A stretch of 64,000 bases of DNA, from the NCBI RefSeq assembly GCF_009914755.1, contig NC_060927.1. One strand, written 5' to 3'. Positions 42,860 through 57,157 of this stretch are shown here, piece after piece (within the stretch, counting starts at the first letter, position 1; every line of letters begins with the position of its first letter). The stretch is from the human T2T-CHM13v2.0 reference genome, Homo sapiens. The notes below the pieces were generated by a model that ran no database searches, had not been told where the DNA came from, and saw only the letters and a list, made by a program, of their open reading frames with translations. A program made the translations under genes and the position numbers.

Positions 42860-43525
42860 GTGACATGTGTCACACACACATCCTACCATTGTCAAGTGTG
42901 TCATGCACCCATACTACCATTGTCACCCATCCTACCACTGTCAGGTGTGTCATGCACCCATCCTACCATTGTCACCCATCCTATCATCGTCAAGTGTGTT
43001 ATGCACCCACCCTACCATTGTCACCAATCCTACCATTGCCCAGTGTGTCATGTACACACACCTTACCATGAGTGCATGGTAGGATGGGTGCATGACACAC
43101 CTGACAATGGTAGAATGGGTAACAATGGTAGGATATCAGGTGTGTCAGGCACCCATCCTACCATTGTCACCAATCCTACCGTTGTCAGGTGTGTCATGTG
43201 CCCATTCTACCATTGTCACCCATACTATCATTGTCAAGTGTATCACACACCCATCCTACCATTGTCATGTGTAACACACCCACCTTACCATTGTCATCTA
43301 TCTCACCATTGTGAAATGTGTTATGCCCCCAACCTACCATTGTCACCCCTCTTTTTATTGTCAAGTGTATCATACCCTCATCCTACCATTGTCAAGTATG
43401 TCACACACCCATCCTAACATTGTCAAATGTGTCACACACCCACCTTACCATTGTCATCTATCCCACCATTGTCAAGTGTGTCATGCACCCATCCTACCAT
43501 TGTCACCCATCATACCATTGTCAAG
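42860..43525. repeat. 49-bp minisatellite (caagtgtgtcatg + 2 x cacccatcctaccattgt) with 31-bp variant units and one inverted segment
   Basis: Unit starts at 42893, 42942, 42991 and 43040 (period 49); inverted segment 43076-43134. Confidence 0.95.
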
Positions 43526-45699
43526 CAACTGTTTAACAATGAAAAGATTTATAAGATGGAAATAGATTATCAGATGGATTTAAGGCCTTGATAATCTTAC
43601 TTATCTCTTCTTATCTCAATAAGGCTAAGTAATTCAGCTTAATTAGCCTGGGATTATATGTGAGACAGGGGAGGTTATTTGATCTACTGCATCCCTTTCT
43701 TCCCTTTGTATCTTATCTCCTTACTCCTCATGAGTTTTGTTAGTTTTTGAAAATATAAAACACATTAGAGACTTAACATGCAAAGCAGTACAAACTGATG
43801 AGACAGAAACAGAGAGTTCAAACTGACAATAAATTGGTTTATTTAACAGGATAAAAACATTCAATCTGCTTTAACTTGTAAAGTTAATTATATTATTATA
43901 TGTTTTACTTTTTTCCTGCATCAGAAGCACCCATCCCATTTTAACAGGGCACTTGCCTTCATAGACGGCATTCTAGGAAAAAAAGCAAATGTTTTCTCTC
44001 ACCATCTGGAAAATGTTACAGCATTCCCTACACTCATGAGAAGGGAGAGGCTTTTTCCTGTGGCTAATGATCTGTGCTCTTGCTATGGGGGCCTCCGAAG
44101 TCTAGAAGGAAATGAAAGAGGAGACCGGTCTTTTGTGTGGAGCAATGAATAAGGTGTGGCAATATGTCTGGAGGTGGGGGAGTAAGCGAGAGGATTGATA
44201 AATGACAATTACCTCACCCAAGGGGACTTATCCAAGAAGCTATTGTCCTGTAACTCATAACATGCACTGTGAATGAAGGGAGATATCCATCATTGCGAAG
44301 GACATTATTGCAAGGGCCATGACCTGCACTGTGCTGGAGTCATTGCCAGTTACACGCATACTCTTTGTGTGAGTGAGAATATCCCATTTTTCATAATACA
44401 AGTCATGCAGCCTGTCCTAGCTGGGACTCCAGTCTATACAAGGAGGAAACTCTGCTCCATTCATGCCAGCACATCACCAGCTAATTGCCCTGTGGTAGAA
44501 TCCCACTGTGCCATGAGACTTTGTATTCTCCCCATTGACCACACCCATGCATGCATCTTTTGACAGCGCCATGGAACATCAGAAAGACCAAGTTCTAAAG
44601 CAGGATAGTAAAATGACCCTTATTTATCTTATAGGTAATTCAGTCTGAAGACATTAAAAAAAAAATCCATGCTTTGCACAGGCTGTAAGAAGGTACCCAC
44701 TATCAGGATCCACCTTCACCGTTACAGGACAGAGACAGAAACAATTGCAGTCTCCCACCTTGCTCAAGAGCATTAGCAGGAGCTTGCGTTGGAAAGGTCA
44801 AAGGAGGAAAGAGGGATGGCAAATGGAGAGGTCAAGGAGACCAGAGAATGGACCTCCGTATTCTCCCCTAACACTGACTCTGAGTAAGGTGAAAGGTGAA
44901 AATGGCAAATATTATTGGCTCTTTACCCAACAGCTATTTCCTCTTTACCAAGGTAACAGGTTCCTGATATTGTTCAGTTGTTGGGCAGCCTTGTGCTTCA
45001 GGGAAGCCTGGACTTCTTACCAACCCCAGAATGAGACTAATTTGATCTTTGCCATTTATGGTAATTCTATTTCTCTTGCCATTAATTGGTTTGAGAATGG
45101 GTATATGATGCACTTTTAATCAATAAGATTTGGGGGTAAGACCACCAGGAATTCTGGAAATTCTTCCTTTCACTTAAAAAAAGAGACCTAAAGAATAAAT
45201 AAACTATTTTCCTTCCTTTCCTATATCTTGATATACATTAAAGTTGTTACGCCTGGAACTGCTACAATCATCTCATAAGTGTAAGAGGAAAGCTAAGAGA
45301 TTTATGAAGAATTTAAACTCAGGCAATAACGAGCCACTCAGTTAACCAATCCTGAAATGATCCTATTTTTAGCTTTTCGTTAGATAAGAAAATTTATCTT
45401 TTTTATTTTTAAGCCAATTTTAGTTGGGTTTTTTGTTATATCCAGCCAAAAGCATACCAAGAGAATCAATAATCTGATGGAAAATTTAAAAAGTTTTTGG
45501 ATCATGTCACAGACTCCTTGTGGATTCATAATCAGCTAAAAGTTATATTATTTTCTTCCTGGTAATGGACTATAGCTACACCCCCTTTCACATGTTTCAG
45601 AAATTACAGAAACTGTACATTGTGGAAGAATCTTTCTGTAATTATAAGCATACTTTTTCTTTCAACATGATTAATATGAGGAATAAAAGCGAGGAAAGA

Positions 45700-47220
45700 A
45701 CCCCTTCTAATTAGAATCTGAATGCATAAAATAGATAAGAAAATAAAAGATAATGTGAATTCAAATTCAAAACCAAAAGACAGAAATACCCATTTCCAGA
45801 AATGGAAAGCAAACTCAAAAATCAAAGACATGAGCAGAGCTTTGCTTAAAAATATCAGAGTGCTATGAGAAGCAGGTACAGGCCCTAATGGCTGGATATG
45901 GGAGTTGGCATGCCTGTACCAAGAGGGTACCCCAGGACACAGGTCCTATTTATACAGGGAACTAGAGCTGAGATACTTGCAACAAACCAGGACTCCTAGG
46001 GACTGGGAAAACTCTGCCCCGACCAGCTAGGGGAAGCAGCAAGAAAACTTGCTATATATCCAGGGTTGAGGCTAGAAAAAATTAACCTTGGAAATGTGAA
46101 CCCATCACTATGTGAATGAACAGGTGTGAATTAACACCACTAGTATGGAACAGAAACTCCTGGTGGAAAAATCAACTGACTTCAAATGAGTGAAACTCAC
46201 AGACCCTCAGAAGAGACAAAGTCACCCAGTAGAGATACTTCATATCTCCAAAACCCAGACTACACACAGAAATCAGTCTCAGCTAAAGATGAGCCCCTGG
46301 TTGGAGATTCAAAACATGAAAGGAAGTGAATTGCTGGATGAGGAGTGAAATGATGCAACCAAAAGGAAGAATTTGCACACTAATAAGAACAAATAGAATT
46401 ATCTGAAAAAGACTTTATTTTTAAGATGTTTAAATAGGTAAAAAAGGAAATAGAAAAGATAAAACAAGCACAAAACAGTATGAATAGTACAGGTTTGAAA
46501 AATGGGAAAGAATGAAATGGAAATCTGAAAATAAAAATTATAACTCACTGAAAGAAAAGATCAGCTAACTGGTTGAACAATAGCGCATATACCCATGAGG
46601 AAAAATGTACATATTAGAATATAGATCCAAGGTAATGACCTAGAATATGGAAGAGAAGAAAAAGCAAGGGAAGTTAAGGCAGAAAATAGGAAGACAGCAT
46701 CTAATATATGTCTAATGGAAATTCTAGGGAGAGAGAGTAAAGTGAATATATGATATCTAATGTTAGAAGAGAAAATAATCAAGAATTGTCCAGAATTGAC
46801 AAAAGTAATCAATTCTAAGATTCAAGGAGCACCCTAAACTCTAAATAGCACAAAGAAAAACAAGCTTACATATAGAAGAATCATCATAGTTAAACTGCAG
46901 AATATCAGAAACAGGTAAAAAATTTTAAGGCTACCAAAATTAAAAGACATATTTCTACAAAAGAATGATTGTTAAACTGACAAAAGACATAGTCAACAAT
47001 AATAACTAATATTTGTTGAGTAATTGCTGTGGACAAGACATTATTGTAAGCATGTCTTATTTAGTGTTCTCAACAATCTAATGAGGGAGATACTTCTGCT
47101 ATTCCTATTTCAGATAGATATAGAACAATGGGAAAAAGACAATGGAATAGTGTATTGAAAGTGGTGAGTCATAAATGATTCTTCCAATAATGCTAACTCC
47201 TGCCAAACTTTTATCAAGCA
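45700..47220 (+). mobile_element. Ancient L1ME/HAL1-like 5'/ORF1 remnant
   Basis: A-rich degenerate ORF1-like sequence (catctaatatatgtctaatggaaattctagg; aagaattgtccagaattgac; aaactgcagaatatcag). Confidence 0.5.
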
Positions 47221-49295
47221 TGTAGCTTGGAGGTTGGTTGTTTCTTTCCTGACTGATACATTTGATAGTCCATTTAAAGAGTTTTAAATAATAATGCAAA
47301 ATATGCATTCAGTGTAACCATGTAAGGAGTATTATATTGTCATAACTTCCTCAGAATTACGTATATGGTCATTTTGTGTGTGCAATGAAAAGGATAGAAA
47401 GTGCTGGAAAAGCTATGTTTTTAACCAATTTTTCTTTTGTTTTTTACTGCCCACCCAGATTGAGTTAAAGGAGCTGTGGAATAAAAAAAACAAAAACAAA
47501 AACAAAACAAAAAAACAGGCTAAGCTAGGAAGGTGAGTCCTTTCAAAATATTCTTATAACACAAACTATAGATTCTTATATCAGGGAAAAGAGCCCTTTA
47601 AGTATTTCAAACCAAAGGAATCTAATACAAGGACTTGCTTACAAAGGTAATAGAATAGCTAAGGAACCATGTAGCATTATGAGGCAACCCTGAATTTAGT
47701 GAAAGCAAAGAAGCCACCACCAACCTAGGAATGGAGTGAGAAAAGCATCAGAGCTCAGGGGGCAAGGTCACCTGATGGGCTTGCATGGTGGGAACTGAGG
47801 CCATGGAGGTAGAGACCAACCTGAAGGAACTGGAGCCACACAGATAATGTATCTAATATGGATTGAGGTGGGGTAGATATGCTGGATCTTATCCTTCCCC
47901 TGCTCTCCCCACTTCCATTAGAGTCTTCCCTTAGCTAAACCCATCTGGAATCAGAAGGCAACAGAGGCTGGAAAATGTAGTTTCCTGCAATACACAACCA
48001 GTTAGAGAAGGACAGAGAATGGATCTGAGAACAGTCGAGTGATGACAACTCACTGCAATCTGTGAATTGAGTAGAGATGCTGTAATGGCTTTTAGTCTAA
48101 GGACAGACTTGTTTGGTGTCACAGGCCTGTTCAATCCCTGCTCTATTCTTTAACTCATCCAACTGCCTGTGTTTCTCCACTTGAGCTTCGTAGTCAGTGT
48201 TGGCTTGAAAATGGCGCATGCATTTTGTGTGTGAATGACTAAGCTGACTCTTTTCATGCAAAGGCACTGCTTCTTTCCAATGATAGCCCTGTTCCACAAG
48301 CTCTGCAAGATGGCAACTTCATTTAGGACTATCAATCTATTGAGCTTTTTGGAATACAGATGTCCTCTTAAATCTGCTATGCCTAGAAGCTAATAGTGGA
48401 ATGTAAAAATAGCTTTCGCTGTCTGCACGGCTTTTCTTATTTGTATTCTAAGTAAAATCACTTAGGCAGACATAGAAAGCTCTTCTTATTTGCATTCATT
48501 TTGCCTACAGAAAATGTACAGTTCACATGACTGGTCTGCTTCAAAGAAATAATCAAAATACAAATTGCTTGAACTATAAAAACAGGAGCTCGGAAAAACT
48601 AGGATAAGGAAAAGACATTAGGATACATTTTAAACATAAAAGAAAGACGTTTTCTGCCATGGCTATCTTCAACTTACATCTCCAAAGCATAAGGAAAGGG
48701 ATTTTGAGAATTACTTGGTTTGCAGAAGCTTTATTCTTTCCAAAATTTTATTTTTGACCGTGTGAACTAGAAAAGATGCCAGTGTCAAATCTCTGTTTTC
48801 ATTTGGAGTACATAACCAGAATCTAGAATATGATTTTTCCTGAATCACAATAAAGCAATATTTGGTAATCAACTTTATTTACCCTCAAAAGAAACACCTT
48901 TGAATAAAGAATATGCAATTAATCAAATGAAAGAAATGTTATTTTTATTTAAAATCTGTCATTGACTATAATAATAAATGTTAGCCAAAATGTTTATATT
49001 TGGTTCATCTTCTCTTAGCTTTGATAAAGGTTTGTATTTTAATGAAATATTACAACATTAACTCTGGTGGGCATTTTTGGTGATAGAAAATATATTATTT
49101 TCAGTGGTGATACAGTTAACTAACCTGTCCAGAATTGGGGTAAATTTTATAAACTGCCCTAATTTTTAAGAACTTTAGTGCTATCAGTGGGCAATGATTT
49201 TGACTTTCTGAATTGCTTGTGTTTATATTTTCTACTTAATGCTCAGTACATAGTTAGTGCCAATTGATCAGTTACCTAAGAAAGCTTTGTCAAGT

Positions 49296-49319
49296 GAGAG
49301 AGAGAGAGAGAGAGAGAGA

Positions 49320-49352
<33 letters not shown>
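49296..49352. repeat. (GA)n(GT)n compound microsatellite
   Basis: Seen directly. Confidence 0.95.
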
Positions 49353-49372
<20 letters not shown>

Positions 49373-49954
49373 GTATATTTTATAAAGAACATTAGCACCC
49401 TCTTCTGGGTGACTTTTGATTCTGTAATGGGAATATTCTGACAATCTTTTCCCATTTTCTAACAATGAACAGTCTGAATATTCATTAAATTTGCTCCTGA
49501 TTAAAGCACGACCTCTGAGTAATTTAATTATCCTGTATATTTCAGAAACACTGATAAGTGCTGGAGTCAAAAACACTTCATTGCTAAATGTTACCCACTG
49601 GGAATAAGTGTTTGGCTTATGAAAAGGAAAAAAGTGCTTTTTCTACATTTCTTAGGATAAGTGCCTCCAATGACTTTTAAATATACAGAGCTATGCAAGA
49701 AAGAAGGAACACAAGGGCAGACAAGGAGAACAGACTGGTACATTCTTCTCCCAGCTGTCTAGGCTCAAAGAAAAAATGTATCCCCTTGCATGCTTTAATA
49801 GCAGGCACTGACATAATTAAATATTCTTTTGTTAAATTAGATTTCTTTACAAAATCAAATACCTTTTAAATCAAACTCCCTGGAGTCCCCCAGATACTCC
49901 TTTTATTGACATCTTATAGAGCTGATGTTGGAGGTGTGACTGTACTTGTTTGAT

Positions 49955-50320
49955 CCATTTATTTACTCATTCATCCCTACATTCATTCTAGAAATATTTA
50001 GTGAGCACCTACTGTGTAGCAGGCACTCTTCTGGCACTGGAGATGCAGTGAACAGATTCAGGTTCCTGACCTCATGGAGATTTTATTTCTAGTGATATGA
50101 TCATAAATTCTATATAGAAATATGAGACAGAGTGAAGGAGATAAGAATCTCCTAATCTAGATGCAGGGGGTAGGTATTTTATACCAAGTAGTCAGAAAAG
50201 TTCTCATTGATAAAGTGACATTTGAGCACAGACCTGAAGTGAGAGTTTAAACCTTGTAGGTATTTGGAGGAAGAGCATTCCAGGTGGAAGGAATAGCATA
50301 TGCAAACCCTCTGAAGCAGG
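49955..50320 (-). mobile_element. L2 3' fragment
   Basis: cattcattc..aaatatttagtgagcacctactgtgtagcaggcact...ggaagagcattccaggtggaagg. Confidence 0.75.
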
Positions 50321-50566
50321 GCCCTTTATTTGCTGTAAATACTTGAAATGCTGTACGGGGCCTCAGGATGTCACAGTAGTTGAGAACTTGCTTGAGCTTT
50401 GGAATTCAAAACTTGGATAAGATTTTATATATTACCAATTTACAAATGATTTGTAATCTCTGAGCCTTTATTTTATCACCTACACAATATTGATTTATAC
50501 AATTTTCTTCTTCCCAGCATTATCGTAAACATTAAATGACATAGTATAGGCAAAAAGTTTAGCATA

Positions 50567-50685
50567 TGGGCTTCATACTTGGGTGATGGGATGATCTGTG
50601 CAGCAAATCACCATGGCACATGTTTACCTATGTAGCAAAACTACACATCCTGCACATGTACCCCTGAACTTAGAAGTTGGAAAAA
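50567..50685 (+). mobile_element. Short L1PA(13-16)-like 3' end inserted in a MIR, 15-bp TSD
   Basis: TSD aaaaagtttagcata at 50552-50566 and 50686-50700; gggtgatgggatgatctgtgcagcaaa..ccatggcaca. Confidence 0.88.
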
Positions 50686-53089
50686 AAAAAGTTTAGCATA
50701 ATACCTGACATTGTGCTGAGTTCAATAAATGTTAGCTATTTTTAGGGGAAAAATGCCTCTCTAAGAAACAAATTTTCTGCAACATTTAGACATAAAATAG
50801 ATCATTAATGTTAAAATGGATCCAAATTCAGTCTTCTAAATACTATTTGACTATTATTACATAAGAAATGTTTTTTTTTTCCTGTCTGGTCCTGCACAAC
50901 TTGCTTTTCCTCTATGAACCTTAGGTTTTGCAAATTAGGAAATTAAATAAAATCAGGGATGTTCAATCTAAAGCCTCCAAGTAGGATGACAGCTACTCCC
51001 CATGTTTTAAAATCCCTGGGTGAAATTTTAGACTTACTTCTGGTAAGGATAAGGAAGAACTCAACTATCAGGCTTGCTTAGAGCTGAATTATGAAGCATA
51101 AAGTTCAGTGGTTAGGGCGTCTCTGCCTATGGAGTGTGCTGAGCTGGGCAAGGCACTATCCCAAAAGGTCACCCAGTGTATGTATACCTGAGAGTGTTGC
51201 TTTCCCCAAATTGTTGGCTTGAGATATTTTCAAAGGGCTACGTCATCCAGCTCTAACACTTGGATGACCACTGGTCTGTTTCCACTGGATTAATTCTCCT
51301 TCCAATCCTTCTTTCCCAAACCTCATTTCTTCCCTTTCTGCCTCTTAAGGGAAAGGCATTTTACCCGCTCTCTCAGCGAGTCAGCCTAAATACCGTGAGG
51401 TGAAGGGTCAGAACACTGGGAAGTGCAGTTTCTGACGAAGAAGGAGCAGCTGCAGAGAAAGGAGTCCATCTAGGGCCATTTCCATCATGAAGAGAATGTG
51501 GCCAAAACATGGGGCAGAGAATCAGGAACCCAGGTGATGCCTCATATGGTGTCTTCCTTGGTGTTTGAATTATTTAACACAAGCTGCCTCACCCACCTTA
51601 CAATGTAAGTAGGATTAAACAGAGCTGGCCAGAGCACTGAAGGGATACCTAACTGCCCAGGGGAAAGGTGATGCACAGAGGGGCCTTGGGATTGAGAGCT
51701 ATTAAGTAGCAGTTCCAGAAAGGTCTGTTCCAAGAAATGCCACAGCTTGTATTAAAAACTCCCTCCTTGTTCCCTGCAGAATTCATCAGACCCCCAAAAC
51801 CTGTTAATGCTGATTCTGCAACTTACCAAATGCTGACTTTGGGCAAGTTTTTTTAACCTCTCTGAACATGAGGCTCCATTTATAAAATAGGACTTGCAAT
51901 AAATACCTCGCAGTATTGCCTGGCACTTGGTATGGCTTCAGGACATGGTAGCAATTGTGATGAAGATATGGGTGAAGTGTGGTGGTTGCAGGGAACCTAA
52001 GTGTTTCTCAGATTTTAAGGTGCCTTCTAGCTGGAAGACAGTATGCTAATTTGGGTAAGAGATGCATAAGTATGAATTACAAAATATAATAAATGGACAC
52101 AGAGAAGGTTGAAAGAGTGAGAAATCAGATATTTTAGATGCTACAGAATCGAGGTGTTGAGAAAAAATTAATCATGCAGTTGGTAATCAGTACTCATTTG
52201 TTCATTCTGAAGTTTATATGTGTGTTCTTTTAGCTTCTCTTTGTGGAGTTCTATCGATTGTTGTGGAAACTGTTTGAGACAGTGACAACATAAGATATGT
52301 GAAATAGATGCTCTGCAACATTTGAATTGAAACCAAAATCCATTGTGCTAATTAGTTATTGGAATCTTGGCATAATTACACATGCTCAAGGGACATTCAC
52401 TGATTACGTTAGCTGTCTCTCATGGCTGCTATCATGTGAGTATTAGAACAAATCCCATTTTGATGAGAATTAGCTCTGCATTTGCAGTGTGAAGATATGA
52501 TAACATTGTCAACGCATAATTGTTAGCTCTGTGTTAGTGACTCAGTTTTTCATCCTCAGTTTTGTTTTTTTACCTATCCCTATATAATATTCAGTTGCTG
52601 TCAAATGAAGGAGAAACTGGGAAGTAGTTGCCTTAAATTCTGTGTAATTTGCCTTCCCAAACAAAAGTAAATAAATATATGATTTTTAAAATTCTATTTA
52701 ATGCACTTTAAGATTATGTAACAAAACATTTTGCACATCAGTAAGGAGTTCAGGGAATGTAAGACGCAAAAGGCCAGAATATCTGTGAGAATATGTTCAA
52801 TCACTCGTATAACTAAAGACATGGAAAATCAGAAAACCAAGAGATCATATTTTCAGCTATCAGAGTGAAAGAAGTTTAAATATGTGATAAACCCTAGAAA
52901 ATGAAGCTATGGAGAGACAGGCACTTCTATACAAGATTGCGATAGTGTAGTCTTTTTGAAGGGGAGATGTGGTGATATTCATCAATATTTTAAAAACACT
53001 TACCCTTTGTCCCAGGAATTCCAATGCTAGGATTTTTATTGTCTATATTCTTACATAAATTCTTAAGCTATGTGGGCAAGGATGTTAAT

Positions 53090-53308
53090 TGGAGCTAAGC
53101 TATGAGGATGCAAAGGTATAAGAATAATACAATGGACTTTGGGGAATTAGAAGAAAGAGTGGGAGGGGGCGAGGGATAAAAGACTACAGATATGTGCAGT
53201 GTACACTGCTCGGGTGATGGGCACAACAAAATCTCACAGATCACCACTGAAGAACTTACTCATGTAACCAAATACCACCTGTACCCCAATAACTTATGGA
53301 AAAATAAT
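53090..53308 (+). mobile_element. L1PB1-like 3' end
   Basis: ggagctaagctatgaggatgcaaagg...aaccaaataccacctgtaccccaataacttatgg. Confidence 0.85.
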
Positions 53309-53625
53309 TACAACAAAAATGGAAACAACATAAGTGACTTCCTGTAGGGAATCATAAATAGGACATATATACGTGTAATAAGGTAACATTCTGTAATGTC
53401 AGCTTTTTTATTTTTTGCTTGAATTTTTTTCAGCTGGTATATTGATTGCATGCCTTGCTTTGGGGGATGAGTGACACAGCAGAATGCAAATAACACATAA
53501 ATAGAGAATGTCTGGCTTTTGAGTTCCAAAAGCCTAGACTCTGACATCAAGAAAATATTTGGAAGCTTGAACAGTGAATAAGAGAAACTTACCTACCTGC
53601 AACCATGGATTAAAAATTCCCTGGC

Positions 53626-53962
53626 CCAGAAGGGTAAGGAAGAGGGGAGAATAGGGAGAAGTTAGTTAACAGATACAAAATTACATATAGCTGGGAGGAA
53701 TAGGTTCTAGGGTTCTATAGCATTGTAGGATAAATATGGCTAACCATAAATCATTGTATATTTTCAAAAAAGCTGGAAGAAAGAATTATGAATGTTCAGA
53801 CCACAAAGGAATTGTAAATGTTTGAGGTAATGGATATGCTAATTGCTCTGGTTTGATATACATGTATCAAAATACCAGTCAGTATCTCATGCATATGTAC
53901 AATTATTACATGTCAACTAAAAATACAAGGAAAATAAATAAAATAAAATAAAATAAAAAGAA
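53626..53962 (+). mobile_element. L1MA 3' end
   Basis: gatacaaaattaca..gctgggaggaataggttctag...gtacaattattacatgtcaactaaaa + A tail. Confidence 0.8.
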
Positions 53963-54964
53963 AATTATCCAAGATCTCCACGCCTGGGGCAATTATTCAT
54001 TCCTAACAGGACTGAAAAATAGAAACTAGCCTTTCTGAAGTGCCTGCTATATACCAGGCACTTTTACATATCCATATTTCATTAAGGGAATCCTCACACA
54101 ACTTTTTGGGAGAGAGCTCTTACGAGTCCCAGTTTTAATGATGTCTGAGAACAAGTCCAAGGTGACATGGTCAACATGTGGTTAGTAGGTGCCATAAGTG
54201 GAATCCAAATTTTGGTGTATTTTACACAAAACATTTTCTTTAATTGAGGAAAACTCTATAAGCTAGGTATGATTTTAGCTTAAATTTAAAGATGAGGAAA
54301 ATGAGTCTCACAGAGACCAAGACTGCACAGTCAGAAAGTGACAGAGCCAGAATTACAACTCAGACTGCCTGTAGAGTTCACGTTAACCATGATGTCAACC
54401 TGCCTACTCAGACTTTTGGTTCAAGATGATGTGCTGAGCATGTGTTTAAGCTTCTGATCCATCCTATGGACCCATTAAATTAATGTTACTCATTATAAGT
54501 ATTTTTTTGGCTGTTTTCTTTTTTTTAGCTATGGAAACTAGTATTTTGATAAAGACTTAAAAGTAAATAGAAGCATAACACTTAAAATTACAATAGAAAC
54601 CACCAAAAGAACAAAAATAAGAAACTGTTAAAAGTTGTGGTCTCTGGGGAGTGGGACAGAAAGGAAAAATTTACTTTTTATTTCACATATTTTGAACTTT
54701 GTATTACTGGGTACATTTTCTGCATCTATATTGTTTCATTCAGAGAAAAAAATTAAAGAAAGCAAAAATAAAACAAGGAAATTGAAGGACGAAAGAAGAA
54801 ATAAATATGCATGAAATTCCACACAATAGAATATTAAGCAGCTGCCCAAAAGATGGGGACAGATTTATTGTCCTGCCATGAAAAAGTCTCTAAGACATAT
54901 TGCTAAATAAAAAAATAATCCTGGTATCAAAAAAAAAATCCCTGGGTTGGGAGAAGAAGAGTTA

Positions 54965-55604
54965 GAAGGAAAGCATATATGTGCCCCAGAAAGGAGCCTT
55001 CAATTTAAGACTGAATTCAGGGGTTCAAGAGTGGGAGGTAATGAAGTCTGAGAGAAAAGAAAACTTGCTTCTTGTTTTTGCCTGGAAAATGACAAGATCC
55101 ACAATTTTGGCAGTGTCCTGACATAATGCTGAAAGAATAGAGTAGGAAGAGCTGTGTGGTGTAACTAAAATCTGACAGAGCTTGCAAGATTTCCCCCAAA
55201 TCCAGCATGGCAGAGTAATTCCCTGTGTCTGAGAGCAACGTAGACATATCAAAGAGATCTGCAGGTTCTGACAGGACTGAAATGCGATCCCGGGATGATC
55301 AGCAAAGATCTACGTAATCAGTGACCGAGGACCAGATAGGACAATACACACCTCTGCATCCGTCTGCTTGGAAAGACAACAACCAAGGAGAAGATGCCAT
55401 ACTCATGCCCTATACCCTCTGTTCTATATAAACCTCAGGTAACTCAGACAAATGCCATGAAGGAAAACCCTGAACTCACACAGATCACGTTTTGACTACT
55501 CAGGAGAATAGAATCCTAAGATAAAATCAGGTTGAGTAAAAGAAAAATAAAGGCAATTAAATGTCTTCCATACTTGAGTTAGTGAAATGAGATAGTCTCT
55601 ATCA
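54965..55604 (+). mobile_element. Possible ancient Gypsy-like LTR (MamGyp/LTR85-type)
   Basis: 3' end aaataaag...cttgagttagtg..tgagat...tca resembles recalled MamGyp LTR termini; interrupts L1ME-like sequence. Confidence 0.3.
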
Positions 55605-55605
55605 A

Positions 55606-55667
55606 TTTAATAGATACATAATACTCCATGGTATGGGGGTACCATGGAGTATTATGTATCTATTAAA
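55606..55667. repeat. Perfect inverted repeat, 28-bp arms with 6-nt loop
   Basis: tttaatagatacataatactccatggta-tggggg-taccatggagtattatgtatctattaaa. Confidence 0.97.
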
Positions 55668-56362
55668 AATAAAGAGGCAAGTAAATATACTCTGATATAA
55701 AAGATCTGCAAGATAAATTTTAAATTAAAAAAGACAAGGTGAAGAACAATTTGAATAATGTGTATTCTATTTGCAGAAAAATGCTATGTGTTCTAAATGT
55801 TTCAAGGATATGAATGACACAGTCAACTGTGAATTTCTCTAGAGACTGAGATGTTTCATTTCATATTATTTTATAAAGGTTTCTTATAAACTAAAATCAC
55901 GTATTCCTTTTATAATACATAATAAAATATCCTTTTTGTCTTTACATCATGTTTAGTGATCCATTACATTGAATTTGAATTCCATTTATGAAGCATTTAT
56001 TTCTATAATTTCAGAATAAAGGATGAAAACATTGTGTCTTAAATATTTTTTGGCTGTAGCATAAATCTGCCAGAGAGAATTAATTTCGTTTTCTTTTTTC
56101 AGTTACAAAGAGTGTTACACTGCGCCTTTAAGGAAAACTTTCCTTCATCATTCCTGTAAGCGTGGACATGCAACTTCTCTCACCACAAAGGTACAGAAAA
56201 CATTTCTAAAAATGTGCTGATAACAGAACAAGGAGGCATGATTTGAAAAGCTGCACAAAATCCTGCGTTTTCATACCCCCTAGCATATGGTCATGCATGC
56301 AGTTAATGGACACTGAGCAAATCACCAGAATTTATATATGCAGATAAGAATGGTTCCATTCA

Positions 56363-56806
<444 letters not shown>

Positions 56807-57157
56807 TTAATAGCAGCTAAAGGCCATTTAGAGTCAAGTATGGTAAATAAGAAAGTCACTCAATTTGGATAATAAATTCACAGTAAAAAAAAATACATAT
56901 ATAGTAACTACAAAACATGATTGTTCTCCAAGCTCTGAAGGAAACAATGTCATATCCTCCAAAACAAACTCTTGAATGTTTTAAACAACTGTAGCATCAT
57001 TTGGACAACTGCATTGCCTTCCTAAAGACTACCTTGAAATAATAATTTTGATGAATAAATCCTAGTCTGTTAAAAATAAGCCTAACTGATTTATAGCAGC
57101 ATTCTATATATTGTATTTGTTTAAAAATATTGATGTATAAGATTTTTAAATAAAAGA

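Noticed and set aside
42860-43565. His/Cys/Pro-rich ORFs up to 185 aa, or a CRISPR-like array
   Set aside because: The ORFs arise because the repeat unit has no stop codon. The units are contiguous with no unique spacers and there are no cas genes.
44562-44570. GACAGCGCC REST half-site
   Set aside because: The left half (TTCAGCACC) is absent
56085-56195. Strong-looking + strand acceptor (ttttcttttttcag|TT), and similar ones near 9529, 33930 and 35229
   Set aside because: No strong paired donor or recognisable coding frame; such sites are common by chance
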